Origin: a virus
Lineage: Duplodnaviria; Caudoviricetes
Virus record (IMG/VR): IMGVR_UViG_3300005805_000016
Span: 1-31,597 of that record
Direction: 5' to 3' (one strand)
DNA: 31,597 nucleotides
The notes beneath the pieces were generated by a model. That model did no database searches. It worked only from the letters and a program-made list of their open reading frames with translations, and was not told the origin of the DNA. Shown here one piece after another: positions 25,986-31,597 of the stretch. Position 1 is the stretch's first letter, and each line of letters starts with the position of its first letter. The translations under genes and the position numbers were made by a program.

Positions 25986-27581
25986 TTATGGATTTTGCAT
26001 TGATTGGATTGTGGCTATTTCAATGTTAAATGTTGCAGTGAACAATTTAACTTGTTTAATGGTCTTCACTGTGTAAGAAGTTTCCACAACTTTACACACA
26101 TATGGAAAATCATCTGTGCCTATATAAGCCCAAACCTGTGGACTTTTAACCACGTTCTTTAACAGGTCAACTTCATTTTGTGACAGAAAATCAGATGTAA
26201 TAGTCCATCTAGTTTTAATTGCTTTGTTATAAGATTTCACCCCACCTTTTAACCAGTTCTGTGTGGTATCTCCAGATAACACAACGGGTGTTTCACTAGA
26301 CCAATCCACTTCTGTTTGGTAAAATTCAGAGCTACTTGCATCTGCAGATTCCTCAGCAAACACAACAAAATTAAAATAATCTCTGCCACCTAAATTGTTT
26401 AGCCAGCACAGTCTTACTCGTGGATATAAATTGCTATAACAATCTTCTACCACATTAATAGTGACTAGTTCAGAAAGTGGAACTGTGGGTGCAGTGGAAT
26501 AAGTACATGCACCTGTCAAAGCAAATGTGTTATACAATTGCACAGTGTAAGAAGCTGGCACTTCTCCTAGTTGGGTCCAAACTCCTATATCTTCTAGATC
26601 TTTTGGTCCCACTCTTAATGAAAGTAATTCCATGTTATTGGAACTAGAAAAGGAACCAGTGCCACCAGTGGCAATGCTACCTGTACAAGAAGCACGAGGT
26701 GCACCACCTTCACCACTAAAATTCACTATTGGATAACTGCCAATGTTGCTGCCAGTGGAATCGTAGAAATCAAACCAAGCAACTTTGGGAGATGAGGCTT
26801 GTAAATAAGCACCACCTAGTTCTTCATAAACAGGATTGCGGTTAAGGAAAGTTAAAGTGCGACGATCATAAGCCACGTCGTTAGCAGAAAAGTTATGACT
26901 AGGTGAAGCATTGGTTTCTTGCCAGTTACCTCCAGAGACTGAACGAACCACATTGGAAAGAAATAATCCTGGACCACCACATGAATCTGGATTAAAGATG
27001 GAATTGTTTTTCATCACATAAGGTGCGACATAACCAAACAGTCCATAATAATCTGAAGCAGAAGAATTTTGTACAGCCAGAGTTTTTTGTTGTTCACTCC
27101 AAGGTAAACTTGTTGGTAACACAACCACTGCTGCTTCGTCTACTCCTTCTTCTTCAACAAATCCTTGTGCTCCCACTAGAAATTCTGGTGAACCTTCTTC
27201 GCCAGTCACTACACCTGTGTAAATTTTTAAAGGATTGGATGCAGATCCTTGGCGGTATTCCTCTCCCACTTTCATGTACACATTGGCAACTGCATGGTAT
27301 CCCACTTTGTAAGGTGTGGAAGTAGGAACTCCTACCTCGTTGGCAAAGTTGCCTATTTCCAAATAGGGATCCATCATGGTGCTAACATCAATCATTCCCA
27401 CTCCACTTGGATTGGGTCTCTGTTTAAAACGATTAATAAATGCACCATCTACATACACGTCAAACACATATTTGAAATCATAGTTGCTAGTGACATCCCA
27501 TTGATCCGAGGTCACACTCCAAATAACGGGATTGTAACCAGGAGAATAGTATTTAGGTCTGAAATTAACTGACGTGATCAT
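25986..27581 (-). CDS. Tail protein (distal-tail-like)
   Basis: 531 aa; FKYVFDVYV and LCWLNNLGGRDYFNF, LVKSP-like NVVKSPQVW. Confidence 0.7.
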   Translation of the reverse strand: MITSVNFRPKYYSPGYNPVIWSVTSDQWDVTSNYDFKYVFDVYVDGAFINRFKQRPNPSGVGMIDVSTMMDPYLEIGNFANEVGVPTSTPYKVGYHAVANVYMKVGEEYRQGSASNPLKIYTGVVTGEEGSPEFLVGAQGFVEEEGVDEAAVVVLPTSLPWSEQQKTLAVQNSSASDYYGLFGYVAPYVMKNNSIFNPDSCGGPGLFLSNVVRSVSGGNWQETNASPSHNFSANDVAYDRRTLTFLNRNPVYEELGGAYLQASSPKVAWFDFYDSTGSNIGSYPIVNFSGEGGAPRASCTGSIATGGTGSFSSSNNMELLSLRVGPKDLEDIGVWTQLGEVPASYTVQLYNTFALTGACTYSTAPTVPLSELVTINVVEDCYSNLYPRVRLCWLNNLGGRDYFNFVVFAEESADASSSEFYQTEVDWSSETPVVLSGDTTQNWLKGGVKSYNKAIKTRWTITSDFLSQNEVDLLKNVVKSPQVWAYIGTDDFPYVCKVVETSYTVKTIKQVKLFTATFNIEIATIQSMQNP

Positions 27582-28368
27582 GAGTCTTAATAATATTATT
27601 TAACCACCCGACTAAGCCTTTCATTTTGTTTTCTGACTTGTTCTCCTCGCCAAACAAGGAAATTAAATGCTTCTCTAACTCCGAGTCGGGAAGCCCGTTC
27701 GAGCTCCAAAGGATTTTCATCAGCCAGATGAATGAGTGTTGTGTACCACGTCCAGTGAGGATTGCGATCAAGTTCTCCTGAAACTCCGTCTTCTGAGTCT
27801 TGTTCAGGTCCGAATAAACTTTCGTAAGACCTGAAGATGCTATCGCGGAAGACAAAAAAAAACTCATAACTGCTTTAGCATGACGAACAGGCAGATCTAA
27901 AAATTTCTGACAGCGGTCTTTAAAATCCTTAGTGTCGTATTCTGCAATTTCGTACTTTAATAAATTAGATCGAGTTATTGGTCTGTATAAAATTGCTAGC
28001 ACTTCGTGCAGTCTATTTTCAAAATTAGAATCGTTTAATAGTAAATCTAGATCAGCAAATTCTCCAATACTCATATCATCAAAATTTACTAATCCATATT
28101 CCACACCTTCGTGGGAAATTTTAGTGCGAGCTTCTAGATTTTGGGTCATGTTTTTTTCAATCATAACTTCTAGACTACTCCAGATCTCTAAAAATTGAAT
28201 CGGATTTATCTCTTTTAATGCGTCGATTGGACAACCACTTAACGCAGAAACTAGATTGTATGATGTTTCTTGATCCTGCATTAAGATAGCAGAACGAATT
28301 GCATACAGATCTCGGATCCGAATCGTGGATATTTTGTATCTTTTTTTACCAGTTTTAAAATCTATCAT
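27565..28368 (-). CDS. Tail assembly chaperone, zero-frame product (267 aa)
   Basis: YGLVNFDDMSIGEFADLD, LAILYRP; contains the slippery run AGT TTT TTT TTG. Confidence 0.7.
   Translation of the reverse strand: MIDFKTGKKRYKISTIRIRDLYAIRSAILMQDQETSYNLVSALSGCPIDALKEINPIQFLEIWSSLEVMIEKNMTQNLEARTKISHEGVEYGLVNFDDMSIGEFADLDLLLNDSNFENRLHEVLAILYRPITRSNLLKYEIAEYDTKDFKDRCQKFLDLPVRHAKAVMSFFLSSAIASSGLTKVYSDLNKTQKTEFQENLIAILTGRGTQHSFIWLMKILWSSNGLPDSELEKHLISLFGEENKSENKMKGLVGWLNNIIKTHDHVS
27596..27862 (-). CDS. -1 frameshift extension of the tail assembly chaperone (G-T-like product, about 257 aa in total)
   Basis: T9 run at 27854-27862; the -1 frame reads FVFRDSIFRSYESLFG...HWTWYTTLIHLADENPLELERASRLGVREAFNFLVWRGEQVRKQNERLSRVVK* to TAA at 27596. 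Confidence 0.75.
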   Translation of the reverse strand, partial: FFFVFRDSIFRSYESLFGPEQDSEDGVSGELDRNPHWTWYTTLIHLADENPLELERASRLGVREAFNFLVWRGEQVRKQNERLSRVVK

Positions 28369-28811
28369 AACTTTATTGCGTCTTGAATTATCTTTGTGAC
28401 ATATTCTGTCTGTTGTTTGGCAAATTCCTGGGCTAACACATCATTGAATTGCTCGTAAGTGGCGTCTGAAATGTTTAAAAAGTATCTCGGCTTAATGCCT
28501 CCTCTACCCTTTCCCGGTGTGGGATTCCAACTGCGGTCTTGTAAAGCCTCATAAATGATTCCAAAGTCTCTACCGCCTGGTCCTTCGCGTTCGGTTAACG
28601 TACCAGCATGCAAGTATACTCCATAGGAATCTTTGTTGTTAATGGGTTGCAACACAATTTGCAAACCATCTTTGTTCACCACCACACGAATGCTCCGAGC
28701 CAAATCTCCAGATTTGCGAGGAGCTTGCGCCTTTAAGATACCTTCGATGCGACGAGCAAACTTAGCGTATTGCTTGTCCAGATTAACACGTATGCCTTTG
28801 AGTCTTGCCAT
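28365..28811 (-). CDS. Neck/tail completion protein (HK97 gp10-like)
   Basis: APRKSGDLARSI...YGVYLHAGT...GIKPRYFL. Confidence 0.7.
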   Translation of the reverse strand: MARLKGIRVNLDKQYAKFARRIEGILKAQAPRKSGDLARSIRVVVNKDGLQIVLQPINNKDSYGVYLHAGTLTEREGPGGRDFGIIYEALQDRSWNPTPGKGRGGIKPRYFLNISDATYEQFNDVLAQEFAKQQTEYVTKIIQDAIKL

Positions 28812-29281
28812 TATTTTTCAGGGAATGCACAATTATTAAAGGGGTTGTTTACGATGAAGACCACAGTGGCGCTCCAGCCGCAAAGATTATTATTCCTAGC
28901 CTCAACGAACGGATAACAAGCAATCGGTAATTCCACCGCCACATCCACTTCAGCCCACGTGGTCTGACGGATGCGAGAAAGTAGATCTTGCAGAATCATA
29001 AACGTGGTGTTCAATGTGTCCTCCTCAATATCCAAATCATTCACACTAATGTCTTGCACAGAAAGCGTGAAAGAAAACTCTATCGCTCCACCTTCGTCGA
29101 AATCTGCCCGGGTCGGCACCAATCCCACTAGCGGATACTTGGTGGGATGTTGCTTGTTGCTTTCGACGTCCAAGTCAGATTCTTGGCCAAAGGTGAATTG
29201 TTTCACTTGGAGATGCGAGAGCGACAGAGAGCGAAGATACTCTACAAGAGATTTAAAGGAGGAAATTGGACCGCTGGGCAT
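28811..29281 (-). CDS. Tail terminator-like protein
   Basis: Acidic, 156 aa; HLQVKQFTFG, YPLV, PFVEARNNNLCGW; first gene of the late operon. Confidence 0.6.
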   Translation of the reverse strand: MPSGPISSFKSLVEYLRSLSLSHLQVKQFTFGQESDLDVESNKQHPTKYPLVGLVPTRADFDEGGAIEFSFTLSVQDISVNDLDIEEDTLNTTFMILQDLLSRIRQTTWAEVDVAVELPIACYPFVEARNNNLCGWSATVVFIVNNPFNNCAFPEK

Positions 29282-29311
29282 AGCAACAAGTTATATTAAA
29301 GAGGGTGCTTT

Positions 29312-29344
29312 CACTAATGAATATATATTTAGCATCTTTTGCAA
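29312..29344 (-). promoter_or_regulatory. Phage late promoter motif, copy 4 (head of the structural operon)
   Basis: TTGCAAAA-N10-ATATAT-TCAT-TAGTG(AAAG). Confidence 0.65.
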
Positions 29345-29352
29345 GCATTTTT

Positions 29353-29559
29353 ATGGGAAAAATCAAGAAAGCACATCGCAAGAAAGTCCAAGCACGTAAC
29401 GCCAAGCTCCAAGCTAAGAGAAAAGAGTTAATGAAAGCTCTGCAACCTCCGCCTACCAAGCAAGAATACATCGTCCAAAACTATGAAGCACTCACAGACC
29501 ACATTGCCCAACCCGAAGTTTTGGAACTGTTGCAAGCCGACGGACCACAGTTCCGTTGA
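29353..29559 (+). CDS. Small basic hypothetical protein
   Basis: MGKIKKAHRKKVQARNAKL...; likely start at ATG 29353. Confidence 0.65.
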   Translation: MGKIKKAHRKKVQARNAKLQAKRKELMKALQPPPTKQEYIVQNYEALTDHIAQPEVLELLQADGPQFR

Positions 29560-29953
29560 TTTCGACCTCTTTGCAGACCGGTATATCGACTATGTCATGG
29601 GACATTTTGGACAGATCCGACGTAATTTTGAGATAACCAAACACAAAAACTGGTCGGATTTTCCAAGTTATGCCTTAGAGAAGTATCCGGCTTTAGGTTA
29701 CGCAGCCACCAGAAAAAGATTAAGTCTAGCAGAATTAAAGTTAATCGAGGAGATCCAAAAGCTTTTAGAGAAAGAACATTATCTTTTACACAGGATTTAC
29801 AAAGAAGATCCAGAGTACCTGCAACAGGTAGGAAAGCCTATAGAATTTTTAAACTTTCTAAAACGCAAATTTCCTTATCCTCCTAGGAATGCCTGGGAAC
29901 TAGACCAAGCTTTTGCCGCAGCCGAAGAGGTGATGTTAGTGCTCAACGTGTAA
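29483..29953 (+). CDS. Hypothetical protein (start uncertain, possibly 29597)
   Basis: Only long ORF in the interval; helical composition. Confidence 0.6.
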   Translation: MKHSQTTLPNPKFWNCCKPTDHSSVDFDLFADRYIDYVMGHFGQIRRNFEITKHKNWSDFPSYALEKYPALGYAATRKRLSLAELKLIEEIQKLLEKEHYLLHRIYKEDPEYLQQVGKPIEFLNFLKRKFPYPPRNAWELDQAFAAAEEVMLVLNV

Positions 29954-29957
29954 ACAT

Positions 29958-29989
29958 TTTTTTATTCCGAAAAGATGTTGTAGATTTAG
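29958..29989 (+). promoter_or_regulatory. Candidate host sigmaA-type promoter
   Basis: TTTTTTAT-N15-TAGATTTAG, 14 nt upstream of ATG 30004 (TAnnTTTA variant of TAnnTTTG). Confidence 0.45.
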
Positions 29990-30003
29990 GAAAAAATATC
30001 AGG

Positions 30004-30456
30004 ATGACTAGAAACGAAACTTACACCACGATTATGACGATGCTGCATCAGTTCACTCCTTACCTGCAGCACAACTACGAAATGACTAAAGCCACCACTC
30101 GGGATTGGTACCGGGTGATTCCCTCGGAATACATTCTGTGTGTGGTGATCTCTCCCAAGATGGGTATGGATCTTTGGGAAATGATGGGCAAGCGTAACCA
30201 GAAATCCATTGAAAGATTTAGTGCTTATCTGCGACACAACCATGAGAAGCTGGCCCGCACTTTGGAAACCCAACAGAGTCTGATCAGGGATTGGCACAAG
30301 TTAAATGGCATTCCTTACGAACCCAAACAGCCTTCTGAGTTCATGCACCACCTAGCAGTGTTAGTGTTTGCCTTACAAAACTTCTGCGGTATTGAGGAGA
30401 TAGATGCTTACCATACCATAGATGTCAAATATGAAATCGTATCTGGAAGTCATTAA
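30004..30456 (+). CDS. Hypothetical protein
   Basis: 150-aa ORF with an A-rich leader and a promoter candidate. Confidence 0.7.
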   Translation: MTRNETYTTIMTMLHQFTPYLQHNYEMTKATTRDWYRVIPSEYILCVVISPKMGMDLWEMMGKRNQKSIERFSAYLRHNHEKLARTLETQQSLIRDWHKLNGIPYEPKQPSEFMHHLAVLVFALQNFCGIEEIDAYHTIDVKYEIVSGSH

Positions 30457-30754
30457 CGTGTCACATCTGTTTATGGGAAAAAGAAATCTGGGCTTAGTGC
30501 CCACAAATGTAGATTGGTCTAGGCTCAATTTAGAGCCCGTAGCCGTGCCCAAATTAAAAACCATGTTGAGATCTAGGGCAATCCGTGTAGCGTTCTATAC
30601 GGGCTCAGAATTACGCCTGACGGTGCTTACACGCCATCCTAGCATTGGAGGTAGAAGAGCTAGAAGAACCTCCAAGGGTTTCTGGGAGACTTACGAGATA
30701 GGTCGGGGTTGGGTGTGTATTGACAATCAGTGCGAGGTCTGGTTGATGCCATAG
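30422..30754 (+). CDS. Hypothetical protein
   Basis: 110-aa ORF overlapping the upstream gene end, convergent with terL. Confidence 0.55.
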   Translation: MSNMKSYLEVINVSHLFMGKRNLGLVPTNVDWSRLNLEPVAVPKLKTMLRSRAIRVAFYTGSELRLTVLTRHPSIGGRRARRTSKGFWETYEIGRGWVCIDNQCEVWLMP

Positions 30755-30823
30755 TTCGCATAACGGGGGACGGAGTATCTAAGCAGACTAGTGATCAAGA
30801 GATCTTAACCAATCTAGTGAACT

Positions 30824-31597
30824 CTAAGAGGGGAACCCAGACCATTCACCCAATTGCATGCTTTTCTTGCCTAGCAAGACTGGTCCACGACCACTGCCTA
30901 TGCGCATTTTAGTGCCCACTGCGTAGCGCAAAGCATCTAGCAAATGGTTATACTGGTCAACTGGTTTATCGGTGCCTGCCCGAAAGTAATAGTTGTCGTA
31001 CTCAATTCTCAGGTTTTCACTCTCCGCGTCAGCATGCACCTCATAAGCACGAATGGTATCGATCCCAGCTCTCACAGAATCTGGACCCTTTAAACAAGGT
31101 CTGACATTACGATAACCCAATCTCCTGAGAGTTTCGATGCTGCGAGGATCGGCTGCATCAGCCACTATGACTGCTGAGTAGGGCACTCCTCTGCGGTACA
31201 TGAGAGCTGCCAGATCATCTGTGGTCAGACCAGTTTCATAAATGATCTCTTTAAGCCAAAGACGTTGCCCTCGCTTCTTCACTTGGATGAGGGCTGAAGG
31301 ATCGTTAGCAAACCCAAAGTCCAGACCATAGATGGTCTCAGCTTCCCAGTCTGCTGGGGAAAGATCCCAATGCCAGTTGGTGAACACTTGGCCTTCTCCT
31401 AAGTCTCTCCACTCTCCCATGATGTGGTGACGCCAATAGGATTCGTCTAGAGCTTTAGCACGTTCCCACTCCTGCACCTTCTTGGGATCTAAGTGAGTCA
31501 CATTGTCCAGATAAGTGGTATGCAAGAAGCCATGGTCTGCTTCCCATTTCGGGTTGGGCCTGCCATCTGGGAGGTACCATCTCTTAAAGATCCACGA
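30824..31597 (-). CDS. terL: Terminase large subunit, C-terminal nuclease half (continues from 600->1)
   Basis: YGLDFGFANDPSA, IVADAADP, KGPDSVRAGI, DQYNHLLDALRYA (RNase H-like Terminase_3C motifs). Confidence 0.95.
   Translation of the reverse strand, partial: SWIFKRWYLPDGRPNPKWEADHGFLHTTYLDNVTHLDPKKVQEWERAKALDESYWRHHIMGEWRDLGEGQVFTNWHWDLSPADWEAETIYGLDFGFANDPSALIQVKKRGQRLWLKEIIYETGLTTDDLAALMYRRGVPYSAVIVADAADPRSIETLRRLGYRNVRPCLKGPDSVRAGIDTIRAYEVHADAESENLRIEYDNYYFRAGTDKPVDQYNHLLDALRYAVGTKMRIGSGRGPVLLGKKSMQLGEWSGFPS

Noticed and set aside
30824-31525. Truncated terminase or pseudogene
   Set aside because: The ATPase half is at 600->1 and joins in frame across the circular junction
31499-31597. 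Biological direct terminal repeat
   Set aside because: It is exactly 99 bp (a common assembler k-mer) and falls mid-terL, so it is best read as a circular assembly overlap
1-31597. Stop-codon reassignment
   Set aside because: The standard code gives dense, full-length genes; TAA, TAG and TGA all terminate credible ORFs

Overview
The window is an apparently complete, circularly assembled genome (31,498 bp unique plus a 99-bp end overlap) of a tailed dsDNA phage. It is most likely a siphovirus of a Bacteroidota host, judged from A-rich, Shine-Dalgarno-free start regions, TAnnTTTG-type promoter candidates and the structural gene order. Almost all genes are on the minus strand. The late structural operon (29281->6665) encodes a tail terminator, neck protein, frameshifted tail chaperone, tail-tip proteins, tape measure, XkdF-like prohead protease, scaffold, major capsid, major tail, two fibres, portal and head-tail adaptor. 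It is followed by a non-coding hairpin array (6364-6660), an HNH/HTH/replication-initiator module with a hairpin-rich putative origin (6363->4132), and a sigma factor / methyltransferase / terminase operon (3681->1, continuing at 31498->30824). Four small plus-strand genes lie at 29353-30754. I find no recognisable endolysin, integrase, polymerase, helicase, primase, tRNA or CRISPR array. The most notable signals are: (i) an array of promoter-short RNA-terminator cassettes whose bodies are antisense to ATG start regions; (ii) two distinct phage promoter motifs, including a 4-copy bipartite late motif that may pair with the encoded sigma factor; (iii) a -1 frameshift with a long dual-coded region; and (iv) a shared putative fibre-docking module. 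All product calls come from motif recognition by eye; no database search was run.
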